This document shows positions 9,233 through 19,557 of a stretch of DNA of 64,000 bases, one piece after another. The stretch lies in the NCBI GenBank assembly GCA_963797555.1, contig CAWCPV010000006.1:1-64000 (forward strand). The letters run 5' to 3'. Under the pieces are notes generated by a model that saw only the letters and a program-made list of their open reading frames with translations, made no database searches and had not been told where the DNA came from. A program made the position numbers and the translations under genes. Numbering within the stretch: the stretch's first letter is position 1; every line of letters begins with the position of its first letter. Source of the stretch: an uncultured Gammaproteobacteria bacterium. GTDB taxonomy: Bacteria > Pseudomonadota > Gammaproteobacteria > CAWCPV01.

Positions 9233-12200
9233 TCAGGCGCGCGTGCGCTCCCACTGCCGCTGCAGACGCTTGAGCGACACCGGAAGGAGCGTCTTCAGCT
9301 CCTGCGCGAAGAACGAAACCCGAAGCTCCTCCAGCATCCAGCGGTAGGTCTCGAGATCCGTGTCCACGAGACCTCGCAGCCGATGTGTCTGGACGCGCTG
9401 CAGGTACGCATCCCAGAGCGGCGCGAGCTCGGCGAGGCGCTGGGCGTCCCTGGCCGGGGCAACGCAGAGCTTGTCGAGCCGGAGGTCGACGGCCTTCAGG
9501 TAGCGCGGCAGTTGCTGCAGCCACGGGTCGGGTGTGTCGGTCACGAAGCCGGGATAGACCAAGTGCTCAAGCTGCCGTGTTACGTCGGCTGCAGCCTCGG
9601 GATACGCCCGCCAATCGGTCGCCAGCCGCCCCCGGACATGACGGTATAGGCGCAGAACATCGGTCACCACAGCGCAGGTGTCGTCCGCGACGCCACCGAG
9701 CCGCGCCCTGCCCTTCTCACTGCATTGCTCGAAGGCCTCGGCCGAGCGGGGCGGCGGATGATCCGCAAAAAATGCCCGGTCCACGATGGCACGCACGAGG
9801 TCTTCCTTCAGCTCCGCGCCGGTTCCGAGCGCGGCGTAGTCGATGCACATCCGTTCGATACCCGGCAGATTCCTTTCCAGGTATCTGCGCTGAGAAGGCA
9901 GATGCAACAAGAGCAGACGCCTGACGCCAACGCGCATCTGCCGCGACGCCTCGAAAGGGGAATCGGCCAGGCGCAGGGCCACCGCGTCTCCCTCGTCGAC
10001 CAAGGTCGGGTACGCCTTCACGGTCAGGCCGTGGCGCGCGACTTCCAGCTCCGCCGGCAGGTCGCCGAAGTCCCAGCGCGTGATACCGGAGCGCTCGAAT
10101 TCCCCGAGCGGGAGCGCCCGGAAGCTGCGCTGCACCTCTGCGCCGAGACCACGCCGGAGGACATCGAGGTCTCTTCCGAGGGCGAGATCGCGGCCGTCCA
10201 GGTCCACTATCCGGAAGTTCATTTTCAGATGCTCGGGAACCACCGCCGGATGCCAGGCATCCGGCGGAACGTTCACACCCGTCATCCTCTCCAGAGCCAT
10301 GGCGAGAGCTTCGGTCAGCGGTGCCTGCCCGGGCGCCAGCTCCTGCAGGCAGGCGTCGGCGAAATCTGGTGCCGGGGCGAAGCTGCGTCTCAAGGACTTG
10401 GGCAGCGACCGGATCAGGGCGATCACCCGGTCCCGCAGCAGCCCGGGGACCAGCCAGTCAAATGGGGCAGGGTCCAATTGATTGAGGACAGCCACGGGGA
10501 TGCAGGCCGTCACGCCGTCAGCCGGATCGCCGGGTTCGAACCGATATTCCAAGGGAAACCTTATCCCGCCCCGCTCGATCACGTCGGGAAACTGTTCCGC
10601 GGTCACTTCCGCCGCGGCATGCTGCATCAGATCCTCCCGGGTCATGAACAGGAGCCGCGGCTGCCCAGACTCCGCCTCGCGGCGCCAGCGTTCGAACAGC
10701 GCGCCGCTGTGTATCCCGCGCGGGATGCGCCGGTCGTAGAACCGGAAGACCTGCTCCTCGTCCACCAACACATTGCGGCGGCGAGACTTGGCCTCCATCG
10801 TCTCGATCTCTTCGATCAGACGGCGGTTATGCTCGAAGAACGGGCCGCGCGTTCGATACTCGCCCTGCGTCAACGCGCTGCGGATGAATATGCTCCGGGC
10901 CGCTTCCGGATCGATGGGACCGTAGTGCACCTTGCGCCGCGCGACGAGGGTCAGGCCATAGAGCGTTACCCGCTCATAAGCCGCCGCCTGGGCCAGCGAC
11001 TTCTCCCAGTGGGGCTCCAGATAACTGCGCCGCACCAAGTGGGCGGCCGCCTGCTCGACCCATTCCGGCTGGATGGCGGCCGCGGTGCGGGCGTAGAGCT
11101 TGGTGGTCTCCACGAACTCCGCAGCCATGATCCACTTCGGCCCCCTCTTGAACAGGGCCGAGCCCGGAAACACAGCGAGCCGCGCACCGCGCACGGCTGC
11201 ATATTCCGTCCCTTCGCCGCGGCAGGCCACATGCCCTAGGAGGCCCGGCAGCAACGCTCGGTGGATGGCATCGTATTCCGCCGGCGTTCGGTTCAATTGA
11301 AACCCCATGTCCTTCACCAGCCCATACAGCTGTTTGTGGACGTCCGACCAGTCGCGCATCCGCACATAGGACAGGAAGTGCTCCCGGCAGTACTGGCGCT
11401 GCTTGTTGTTGGAGAGGCGGCGCACCTGCTCCGCAAAATCGTCCCACAGCTTCAGGAAGCTCAGGAAATCCGAGCGCTCGTCCCTGAACCGCGCGTGCGC
11501 CTGATCCGCCTGTGGGCGCGCGTCCATGGGACGCTCTCGCGGGTCTTGAATGCTCAGGGCCGCTGCGATCACCAGCACTTCGGCGAGACAGCCTTCTGCT
11601 TCGGCGGAGAGGATCATGCGCCCCACGCGTGGGTCCACGGGCAGCCGCGCGAGCCGCCTGCCGGTGTCGGTCAGTCGACCGGTCGCCTCCAGCGCGCCCA
11701 GCTCCCTCAGGGTCTGGTAGCCGTCCTTGACCAAGCGCGGGTCGGGCATGTCCAGGAAAGGGAACGCCTCCGGCTCCCCGAGGCCGAGAGCCTTCATCTG
11801 CAAGATGACGGCAGCCAGGTTGCTGCGCAGGATCTCGGGATCGGTGTAAGCCGGCCGCAACGCGTAGTCCTCTTCCCCGTAGAGGCGAATACACACGCCG
11901 GCCGTCACGCGCCCGCAGCGCCCCTTGCGCTGATCGGCGGACGCCCGAGACACGGGCTCCACCAGCAGCCGCTGGACTTTGGTCCGATGGCTGTAACGGC
12001 TGATGCGGGCATATCCCGGGTCCACGACAAAACGGATCGCAGGCACGGTCAGAGAAGTCTCCGCCACGTTGGTGGCCAGCACGATACGACGCCCAACGTG
12101 GGGCTCGAATACCCGCTCCTGCTCCGCGGTGGACAGGCGGGCGTAGAGCGGCAAGATCTGGGTCCGGGGCGGGTGGTGCTTGCGCAGCGCCTCGGCGGTC

Positions 12201-13156
12201 TCCCGGATCTCGCGCTCGCCCGGCAGGAACACCAGGATGTCGCCGGGGCCGATGCGGGAAATCTCGTCCACGGCCTCCAGAAGAGCCTGCTGCAGGTCCC
12301 GGTCGCGGGTATCCTCTTCCGTTTTCTCCAACGGCCGGTAACGCACCTGTACGGGGTAGGCGCGCCCCGAGACGTCGATCACCGGCGCGTCCCAGAAGTG
12401 CCGGGCGAAGCGCACGGGATCGATGGTCGCCGAGGTCACGATGAGCTTGAGATCCGGTCGCCTGGGGAGGATATGTCTGAGATAACCCAGCAGGAAGTCG
12501 ATGTTGAGGCTGCGCTCATGGGCCTCGTCCAGGATGATGGTGTCGTACTGCTCCAGTAGCCGATCACCCTGGGTCTCCGCCAACAGCATCCCGTCGGTCA
12601 TCACCTTGACGTAGCTATCCGGGCTCACACGGTCCCCGAACCGTACCTTGTAGCCGACCGGGCCGCCGACCTCACCGCCGAGCTCCTCGGCGATGCGGGC
12701 TGCGATGCTGCGTGCTGCAATGCGCCGCGGCTGGGTATGGCCGATCAGGCCGCTCACACCTCGCCCCAAGGAAAGGCAAATCTTCGGGAGCTGGGTGGTC
12801 TTGCCCGAGCCCGTCTCACCGCATAGCACCACGACCTGGTTGCGCTTGATGACGTCGGCGATGTCCTGTCGCAGCGCGACGACCGGCAGCTTCGACGGGA
12901 ATGTCGGCACCGGCAGACCTTGTCGGCGCGCCTGAACACGCTGCGCCGAGCGCGCCACCGCCGATTCGAATCTTTCCAGCTCAGGGGCGCTGAGCCGCTG
13001 GCGCTGAGCCGCCTCCTGCAAGCGACGGAGATCCCGCCGCAGATGCCGCCGGTCGCAGAGCATTGTGTCCTCGACGCGGGCCAGGAGATCCTTCAGTCGG
13101 GCCGAAGCTGATGTGCCCTCGCGGCCGCCCTCGGCAGTCTCAGTGAGGCTCCGCAC
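9233..13156 (-). CDS. hrpA: ATP-dependent RNA helicase HrpA (DEAH-box)
   Basis: 1307 aa. Walker A GETGSGKTTQLP and DEAHERS motif, with HA2/OB and long C-terminal HrpA-specific regions. Confidence 0.9.
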   Translation of the reverse strand: MRSLTETAEGGREGTSASARLKDLLARVEDTMLCDRRHLRRDLRRLQEAAQRQRLSAPELERFESAVARSAQRVQARRQGLPVPTFPSKLPVVALRQDIADVIKRNQVVVLCGETGSGKTTQLPKICLSLGRGVSGLIGHTQPRRIAARSIAARIAEELGGEVGGPVGYKVRFGDRVSPDSYVKVMTDGMLLAETQGDRLLEQYDTIILDEAHERSLNIDFLLGYLRHILPRRPDLKLIVTSATIDPVRFARHFWDAPVIDVSGRAYPVQVRYRPLEKTEEDTRDRDLQQALLEAVDEISRIGPGDILVFLPGEREIRETAEALRKHHPPRTQILPLYARLSTAEQERVFEPHVGRRIVLATNVAETSLTVPAIRFVVDPGYARISRYSHRTKVQRLLVEPVSRASADQRKGRCGRVTAGVCIRLYGEEDYALRPAYTDPEILRSNLAAVILQMKALGLGEPEAFPFLDMPDPRLVKDGYQTLRELGALEATGRLTDTGRRLARLPVDPRVGRMILSAEAEGCLAEVLVIAAALSIQDPRERPMDARPQADQAHARFRDERSDFLSFLKLWDDFAEQVRRLSNNKQRQYCREHFLSYVRMRDWSDVHKQLYGLVKDMGFQLNRTPAEYDAIHRALLPGLLGHVACRGEGTEYAAVRGARLAVFPGSALFKRGPKWIMAAEFVETTKLYARTAAAIQPEWVEQAAAHLVRRSYLEPHWEKSLAQAAAYERVTLYGLTLVARRKVHYGPIDPEAARSIFIRSALTQGEYRTRGPFFEHNRRLIEEIETMEAKSRRRNVLVDEEQVFRFYDRRIPRGIHSGALFERWRREAESGQPRLLFMTREDLMQHAAAEVTAEQFPDVIERGGIRFPLEYRFEPGDPADGVTACIPVAVLNQLDPAPFDWLVPGLLRDRVIALIRSLPKSLRRSFAPAPDFADACLQELAPGQAPLTEALAMALERMTGVNVPPDAWHPAVVPEHLKMNFRIVDLDGRDLALGRDLDVLRRGLGAEVQRSFRALPLGEFERSGITRWDFGDLPAELEVARHGLTVKAYPTLVDEGDAVALRLADSPFEASRQMRVGVRRLLLLHLPSQRRYLERNLPGIERMCIDYAALGTGAELKEDLVRAIVDRAFFADHPPPRSAEAFEQCSEKGRARLGGVADDTCAVVTDVLRLYRHVRGRLATDWRAYPEAAADVTRQLEHLVYPGFVTDTPDPWLQQLPRYLKAVDLRLDKLCVAPARDAQRLAELAPLWDAYLQRVQTHRLRGLVDTDLETYRWMLEELRVSFFAQELKTLLPVSLKRLQRQWERTRA

Positions 13157-13159
13157 CGG

Positions 13160-13560
13160 CTACTCTAGCGTCCGCGCCAATCCGCCACGCCTGACGCTCC
13201 GGGAACGCATACAGACAGGCACACGACCAGTCTGCCCATGCTCATGGTGTAGTCGGGTACAACCGTAGCTGTCCGGAGAGCCATCGAGGGCTGAGAAGAA
13301 CGCGGTAAGTCGTGTGCTTGGCGGCGGTGTGGAACCCGAGCATCGATAAGTCAGGGCTGGTGAAGACACCGTCACGAGCTGCCCGCGAGCAAGGCACAGG
13401 GATCGCAGCGACGAGGCATATCGAGCAGATAAGCGAGGCGCGACCAAATGGCAGGACAGCCATTCGGCACGTCCGCGGCACGCCCCAAAGGGGTGGCGTA
13501 CAGGGAGGTACGCCATGAACGCCGTGCGAAGCGGCTGTCAAGAGGTGCAGCAGATCTGTT
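13160..13560 (-). repeat. Copy B (longest, ~400 bp) of the dispersed structured repeat family
   Basis: Reverse-oriented copy containing the GGCGTAC-AGGGAG-GTACGCC and CCGAATGGC…GCCATTCGG hairpins. Lies in the ~830-bp gap between hrpA and the encapsulin gene. Confidence 0.55.
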
Positions 13561-13989
13561 CACAACGTTTCAGCGTAGAGCACCGCCTGCGAAGGGCGGA
13601 CGTTCCGGTCGAACCGCAGGGCCTTGCGGCTCGTACCGGATTCTGTCCGCACCCCGCCGATAGCGTACCTCGCACCGAGTGACAAGGGCGGCTGGCCGAG
13701 ATCATCGGTCTCAAAGAGCTGATGGGCATCCTGCGTCGACACTCGCTCCGGGATCCCCTTGACCTGCGGCGACGGCACCTCGCACTGAACCGCTTCCCAA
13801 TCTCCCGCTTCGGCCGGCCCGGAAGTTCCGGGAGGCCGAATCGGCGCGGCAGGGTGGCAGATTCCTCGCAGTACCCACCCTCCGCTCTCGACCTCGCCTC
13901 GGGAGCACAGTGCTAGACATGGATCTCCCGGTCGTGCATCCTTAGCAACCGCTTGAGCCCAGGGGGGGCCCTGCGAAGAGGAGATCGCC

Positions 13990-15255
13990 ATGGCTAGCGA
14001 AGGCTATCACGAACCGTTCGACCAATTGTGCAACGAGACACGGGACATGCACCGCGCGCTCACCTCCCTTATGGAAGAGCTCGAGGCGGCCGATTGGTAC
14101 AACCAGCGCGTGCAGGCCTGCCATGACGAGGAACTGCGGGCCATACTGGCCCATAACCGAGACGAGGAGAAGGAACACGCCGCCATGGTGCTGGAATGGA
14201 TTCGCCGCCGTGATCCGCGGTTCGATCGGGTGCTGCGGACCTACCTGTTCAGCTCCGGGAAAATCACGGAGCTGGAGGAGGCAGACCAAGCGGCGGGAGC
14301 GACTCCCCCTGAGATCCTCGACGGCGACTCCCCGGAACGTCGTCCCCGCAGCGCGGCTCACCGTCGGCAGCCTTCTCGGAGAACACCAATGATCGAGCGT
14401 TTTCTTGACCACGCATCGAGCCCTCTCAGCCAGGCACAGTGGGAGGATCTCGATCGGGCGGTCTTCGACACCGCCAGGAACGCCCTTGTCGGCAGGCGTT
14501 TCATGCCCGTGTTCGGTCCGCTCGGCGCGGGCATCCAGACGGTGACCCTGGACCAGTTCGACGGCGCCTGCATGGGTGAGCTGGATCTGACGGGGGAGGC
14601 GGAGTGCGGAACCATCCGCACCGCGGGCGTGAAACACCTTACCCTGCCCATCATCCACAAGGATTTCTTGCTCCTGTGGCGTAACATCGCCACCAGCCAG
14701 CAGTTGGGATTGCCCCTGGACGTTTCGGCCGCGCGCAGTGCCACGGCCTTTGCTGCGCGCAAGGAGGACGACCTTATCTTCAACGGCCACCCCGGCATGG
14801 GCATCGATGGTCTGTTGACCGCCGACGGCCGGGGCGTTCTCCCACTCAGCAACTGGGAGAAGGTGGGGAATGCGTTCGCAGATGTCACGAAGGCCATCGA
14901 GCATCTGGTGCAGGAAGGTTTCTATGGGCCTTACGCCCTGGTGGTACCACCTGTCCTTTATTCCCGCATGCATGGTGTCCACGAACGGACGGGCGTGCTG
15001 GAAATCCGCAACGTGGAGGAGCTCACTGCTGCCGGCGCGTTCCGCTCACCGGTCATGCCGGAGGATCGTGCCATCGTCCTCTCCACCGGCGGACAGAACT
15101 TGGACTTGGCGGTAGGGCAGGACATGGTCGTAGCCTACCTCGGTCCGGAGAAGATGAACCACCTCCTGCGGGTGCTCGAGATCCTGGCGCCACGAGTCAA
15201 GCGTCCCAAAGCGATAGTCACTCTGGAAGCCACGAAAACTTCTAGGCGAGCGTGA
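13990..15255 (+). CDS. Encapsulated ferritin-like protein (EncFtn/Flp) fused in frame to a Family 1 encapsulin shell protein
   Basis: Residues 1-~95 match EncFtn (EELEAADWYNQRVQACHDEELRAILAHNRDEEKEHAAMVLEWIRRRD). Residues from M134 match the Linocin-M18/HK97-fold encapsulin (MIERFLDHASSPLSQAQWEDLDRAVFDTARNALVGRRFMPVFGPLG…). No stop codon separates them. A GGAGAA RBS sits 5 nt upstream of the internal ATG at 14389. Confidence 0.8.
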   Translation: MASEGYHEPFDQLCNETRDMHRALTSLMEELEAADWYNQRVQACHDEELRAILAHNRDEEKEHAAMVLEWIRRRDPRFDRVLRTYLFSSGKITELEEADQAAGATPPEILDGDSPERRPRSAAHRRQPSRRTPMIERFLDHASSPLSQAQWEDLDRAVFDTARNALVGRRFMPVFGPLGAGIQTVTLDQFDGACMGELDLTGEAECGTIRTAGVKHLTLPIIHKDFLLLWRNIATSQQLGLPLDVSAARSATAFAARKEDDLIFNGHPGMGIDGLLTADGRGVLPLSNWEKVGNAFADVTKAIEHLVQEGFYGPYALVVPPVLYSRMHGVHERTGVLEIRNVEELTAAGAFRSPVMPEDRAIVLSTGGQNLDLAVGQDMVVAYLGPEKMNHLLRVLEILAPRVKRPKAIVTLEATKTSRRA

Positions 15256-15638
15256 TGACGCTGGCGCGGGACTCTGACGCCCGAGGACGCCAAGAGGATG
15301 GCAGAGGCCATGGCTGGCCAAGGTTTCGACGCTCCGCAGGCACGGCGTGAGCCGGAACGTATTTTCGCTCATTTCGTTGGCGCCAGCGTGTCCGGCGAAC
15401 GCGGTCGAGAGCGACGACCTCGAGCGGTGCGAGACTGCGGCCAAGGAGGCCGGCGCCTATACACCACATCGCATATCCGCCTGCGCAGCATTCCCCAACA
15501 GAATCGGTACGGTCACCTGGCGACCGGCCACAACGCAGGTGAGCCGCATCGGGCCAGCGCTCTTAAACAACCTCTGTACCCAGAGGAGAGGCTTGCGAGG
15601 CCATCGATGGCTTGTCCGGCCCTGCGGCAGTGGACAGT

Positions 15639-15845
15639 CTACGCGTCCAAGTCTGGAATGAGCCTGCTCTCCAGCTTCGCTATCATGTCCTTCAGCAGCA
15701 GCTTGCGCTTCTTCAGACGGCGTAGCTGAAGCTGATCCACCAACGGGTCCTGCGACAGTCTCACGATGACGTCATCCAGATCGCGGTGCTCCACCCGCAG
15801 CTCCGCGAGCTGGCGCCGAACCCCTTCCTCCTCGCCGTTGTCCAT
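15639..15845 (-). CDS. DUF465 (YdcH-like) family small protein
   Basis: 68 aa with a DUF465-like helical pattern (…HRDLDDVIVRL…LQLRRLKKRKLLLKDMIAKLE). Confidence 0.55.
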   Translation of the reverse strand: MDNGEEEGVRRQLAELRVEHRDLDDVIVRLSQDPLVDQLQLRRLKKRKLLLKDMIAKLESRLIPDLDA

Positions 15846-16128
15846 CGCCCGAAGCTCCTAATCTTAGCGGCCCACCTTACCACAAAACGGGCAGCCCCGG
15901 CTCGCGGTCCGGGCGTCGTGACGGTCGTTGGCCCGAGGAAGCCGGGTCCTCCGAGCCATCCTTGCCGACGGGTCCCGTAGCATCTCGTATACCGCGCTGA
16001 TATACTTTTTGGTTGTGCAGTTTGTGGACGCCGGTCGCTCCGAAAGTCTCTCGCAGTCTTCTGCCGCAGTCCGCTCCACGACCTGCACGCAACACCCACC
16101 TACTACAATCTATGTTCGAGGTTATTTG

Positions 16129-16335
16129 ATGCGTACCGGCACCGTAAAGTGGTTCAACGAGTCGAAGGGTTACGGCTTCATCACGCCGCAGGATGGCGGC
16201 GAAGACGTGTTCGTTCATTTCTCGGCCATACAAGGTAACGGCTTCCGAACCCTGACCGAAGGGCAGACCGTAACCTTCGAAGCGGAGCGGGGTCCCAAGG
16301 GCCTTCAGGCGCGACAGGTCAGCTCGGCCCGCTGA
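16129..16335 (+). CDS. Cold-shock protein, CspA family
   Basis: [20 protein letters not shown]…[10 protein letters not shown] with RNP1/RNP2 motifs. 68 aa from the ATG at 16129. Confidence 0.9.
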   Translation: MRTGTVKWFNESKGYGFITPQDGGEDVFVHFSAIQGNGFRTLTEGQTVTFEAERGPKGLQARQVSSAR

Positions 16336-16362
16336 GGCTCCGGCCTGCTCAAAGCATCCACA

Positions 16363-16391
16363 GACCCCGCCGTACGGCGGGGTCTTCGTTT
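16363..16391 (+). terminator. Rho-independent terminator after the csp gene
   Basis: GACCCCGCCG-tac-CGGCGGGGTC hairpin followed by TTCGTTT. Confidence 0.6.
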
Positions 16392-16464
16392 CGCCGCCAG
16401 CGGCCCGCCAACCCAGCGTCCAGGTCGTCCTGGGTGCCGGTCGCTCGCCTTCGCTGCCCGCTGC

Positions 16465-18042
16465 TTGCAGACCATGAACGAGATCGCCAGTCGCCGTACG
16501 TTCGCCATTATCTCCCACCCCGATGCGGGCAAGACCACGCTGACCGAAAAGCTCTTGCTGTTCGGGGGCGCCATACAGCTCGCCGGCACAGTGAAGGGCC
16601 GCAAGGCATCACGCCACGCAACGTCCGACTGGATGGAGCTGGAAAAGCAGCGTGGTATCTCTGTGACCTCCTCGGTCATGCAGTTCAAATATGAGGGGCG
16701 GATCATCAACCTGCTCGACACGCCCGGGCACGAGGACTTCTCCGAGGACACTTACCGGACGCTGACGGCGGTCGATTCGGCGCTCATGGTCATCGACAGC
16801 GCCAGAGGCGTGGAGGAGCGCACCGTCAAGCTCATGGAGGTCTGCCGCCTGCGCCGCACACCCATCATGACCTTCATCAACAAGCTGGATCGGGAGAGTC
16901 GCGAGCCGGTGGAGCTGTTGGACGAGATCGAGACCGTTCTCGGCATCCGCTGTGCTCCCGTCACTTGGCCGATTGGGAGCGCTCGCCGCTTTAGAGGGGT
17001 ATATCATCTACTGCACGACAGCGTTCACTTCTTCACCCCGGGCCAAGGCGCTCGGCTGCCCAAGGGAAAGCTCATCCGCGGCCTGGACAATCCGATGTTG
17101 GACGAGGTGCTGGGCGACCAGGCCGCCGAGCTGCGGGAGGCCATCGCGCTGGTCAGGGGGGCGAGCCATGAGATGAACCTTCGAGCTTATTTGGAGGGTA
17201 CTCTGACACCGGTATTCTTCGGCTCCGCCATCAATAACTTCGGGGTGCAGGAGCTGCTGGACAGCTTCGTTCAGCATGCTCCTGCCCCGCAAATGCGGCG
17301 GACTCAGGGCCGCAACGTGTTACCCGAAGAGGACCAGTTCACTGGTTTCGTGTTCAAGATACAGGCGAATATGGACCCCAAGCACCGGGACCGTATCGCC
17401 TTCCTGCGCATCACTTCGGGCCGCTATACCCGAGGCATGAGGATGCATCACGTGCGCATCGGCCGCGACGTTCAGGTGGCGAACGCCATCACGTTCATGG
17501 CGCAGGATCGCGAGCACGTCGATACCGCCCACGCGGGCGACATCATCGGTCTGCATAACCACGGCACCATTCATATCGGCGACACCTTCAGCGAGGGAGA
17601 AAAGCTCAAGTTCACCGGCATACCGAGCTTCGCGCCGGAGCTGTTCCGGCGCGTGGTATTGCGCGACCCGCTGCGCGCCAAGGCACTGCAGAAGGGATTG
17701 GACCAGTTGAGCGAAGAAGGTGCCACGCAGATCTTCCGTCCCTTGCGCAGCAACGACCTCATCCTCGGGGCCGTGGGGGCACTGCAGTTCGATGTCATCG
17801 CGTACCGCCTGAGGCACGAATACGCAGTGGAGTGCAGCTACGAGGCGGTGAATGTGGCCACGGCTCGCTGGATCGAGTGCGAGGACGACGGCAAGCTGAA
17901 TCAGTTTCGCGACCACATGGAATCGCATCTGGCGTTGGACACAGGGCGTGACCTCGTCTACCTCGCACCCACACGCGCCCACCTGAGCCTCACCATGGAG
18001 CGCTGGCCGGCGATCGGCTTTCGCCCGACCCGGGAGCACTAG
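16465..18042 (+). CDS. prfC: Peptide chain release factor 3
   Basis: N-terminal G-domain ([22 protein letters not shown]…DTPGHEDF). 525 aa, typical RF3 length. Confidence 0.92.
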   Translation: MQTMNEIASRRTFAIISHPDAGKTTLTEKLLLFGGAIQLAGTVKGRKASRHATSDWMELEKQRGISVTSSVMQFKYEGRIINLLDTPGHEDFSEDTYRTLTAVDSALMVIDSARGVEERTVKLMEVCRLRRTPIMTFINKLDRESREPVELLDEIETVLGIRCAPVTWPIGSARRFRGVYHLLHDSVHFFTPGQGARLPKGKLIRGLDNPMLDEVLGDQAAELREAIALVRGASHEMNLRAYLEGTLTPVFFGSAINNFGVQELLDSFVQHAPAPQMRRTQGRNVLPEEDQFTGFVFKIQANMDPKHRDRIAFLRITSGRYTRGMRMHHVRIGRDVQVANAITFMAQDREHVDTAHAGDIIGLHNHGTIHIGDTFSEGEKLKFTGIPSFAPELFRRVVLRDPLRAKALQKGLDQLSEEGATQIFRPLRSNDLILGAVGALQFDVIAYRLRHEYAVECSYEAVNVATARWIECEDDGKLNQFRDHMESHLALDTGRDLVYLAPTRAHLSLTMERWPAIGFRPTREH

Positions 18043-18419
18043 CAGGCGGCTAATGCCGTCATATGGAGTCGGTGTCGTCGGGACTCCTCCAGTTTGCGGC
18101 GGCGGGCGCGCTGGCCAAAAACGACTGCCCGGGTAGGTGCTGGCGACCCGAAATCGGGTTTTGCACCACTGCCTGCGGAGCGGCATCAAGACCGATCCCA
18201 AAGGATCGACTGTGGGCCGCGATACTCATGGGCGCGCCGTCCGAACTCGGGGACTGGCGTCGTGGTGCGAGCCACCCGCGCAGAAGCCCGCCATCCGGGA
18301 TGAGCGCTCCGGGCAAGCTCCGGTAACATGGACCGCCGATCCAGGCGTCGTGCGGCAGACGCAAAGAGGTCGAGCCCCTGCCACTACCTGACTATCGCGG
18401 CGGAAGCCTCGTTAACCTC

Positions 18420-19538
18420 ATGGCCTGCGTGCTGGAGGCGCTCGGGGACGGGCCGGGACCGTATTCCCCTCTGACGCAGATCCCGCTGTCGCGGCTGCGC
18501 CAGGCGCAGAATGTCGTACTGCTCGTCATCGATGGACTCGGCTACGAGTTCCTGACGCGCGCGGGGGCGGAAACGGCACTCCACGCCCATCTGGTGGGTC
18601 GCATCACGTCGGTGTTCCCGAGCACGACAGCAACGGCCATCACCACCTTGCTCACCGGCACGGCGCCCCAGCAGCACGGCCTGACCGGCTGGTTCACCTA
18701 CTTCGAGGAGATTGGCACGGTGACCGCCGTACTGCCATTCAAGGCCCGCCATGGCGGGGGCTCCCTGGGCACCAGCGGCGTCCGAGCGAGCACGCTGTTC
18801 CAGACAACACCGCTCTTCAACCGGCTCCATGTCCGCTCCTACGTCGTCGTGCCGCAACGCATCGCGGGCAGCGACTACAACGTGGCCCACGCCGGCATCG
18901 CCGAGCGACGCCCCTACGGTTCTCTGAACCAGCTCTTCGGAGTCCTGCAACGCACTCTGCGCGAAGGCGACCACCGCAAGTATGTGTACGCCTATTGGCC
19001 CGAGCTCGACGGCCTCGCCCACACCCACGGCATTGGCAGCAAGGTCGCGGCGGCCCACCTTGCGCAGATCGACGGCGCCTTCCGCTCGTTTCTGGAGAGC
19101 TGCAAGGGAAGTCGGACGGTGGTTCTGGTGACAGCCGACCACGGCATCGTCGACTCGCCGCCGGAACGCCTCATCGAGCTGGAGAGCCATCCGGACCTCG
19201 CCGCCACACTGCTGCTGCCGCTCTGCGGCGAGGCGCGCACGGCGTACTGCTACGTACATCCCGGCAAGCGAGAGGAGTTCGAGGCCTATGTCCGAACCCA
19301 TCTGGCGGAATGCACCACGCTGTTCAGGAGCGAGGACCTCGTAGAGCAGGGTTATTTCGGACTGGGACCGCCGCACCCCCGCCTGTTGGAGCGCATCGGC
19401 CATTACACCTTGAGCATGCGGGACAACTACCGGATCAAGGACTGGGTGCCGGGAGAGCGTCGCTATACCCACATCGGCACCCACGGTGGCTTGACGGAGG
19501 GGGAGATGTACGTGCCGCTGGTCGTCGTCGAGCTGTGA
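18420..19538 (+). CDS. Alkaline phosphatase superfamily protein (type I phosphodiesterase / nucleotide pyrophosphatase family)
   Basis: Metal-site motifs VVLLVIDGLGYEF and TADHGIV; ~370 aa. Confidence 0.6.
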   Translation: MACVLEALGDGPGPYSPLTQIPLSRLRQAQNVVLLVIDGLGYEFLTRAGAETALHAHLVGRITSVFPSTTATAITTLLTGTAPQQHGLTGWFTYFEEIGTVTAVLPFKARHGGGSLGTSGVRASTLFQTTPLFNRLHVRSYVVVPQRIAGSDYNVAHAGIAERRPYGSLNQLFGVLQRTLREGDHRKYVYAYWPELDGLAHTHGIGSKVAAAHLAQIDGAFRSFLESCKGSRTVVLVTADHGIVDSPPERLIELESHPDLAATLLLPLCGEARTAYCYVHPGKREEFEAYVRTHLAECTTLFRSEDLVEQGYFGLGPPHPRLLERIGHYTLSMRDNYRIKDWVPGERRYTHIGTHGGLTEGEMYVPLVVVEL

Positions 19539-19557
19539 GAATCGCGGTGCGTCCGTG

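Noticed and set aside
13480-13510. AGGGAGG + ATG inside the dispersed repeat looked like a strong RBS/start for a small ORF
   Set aside because: The AGGGAG sequence is the loop of the perfect GGCGTAC/GTACGCC hairpin present in every copy. Copies occur in both orientations with no conserved downstream reading frame.
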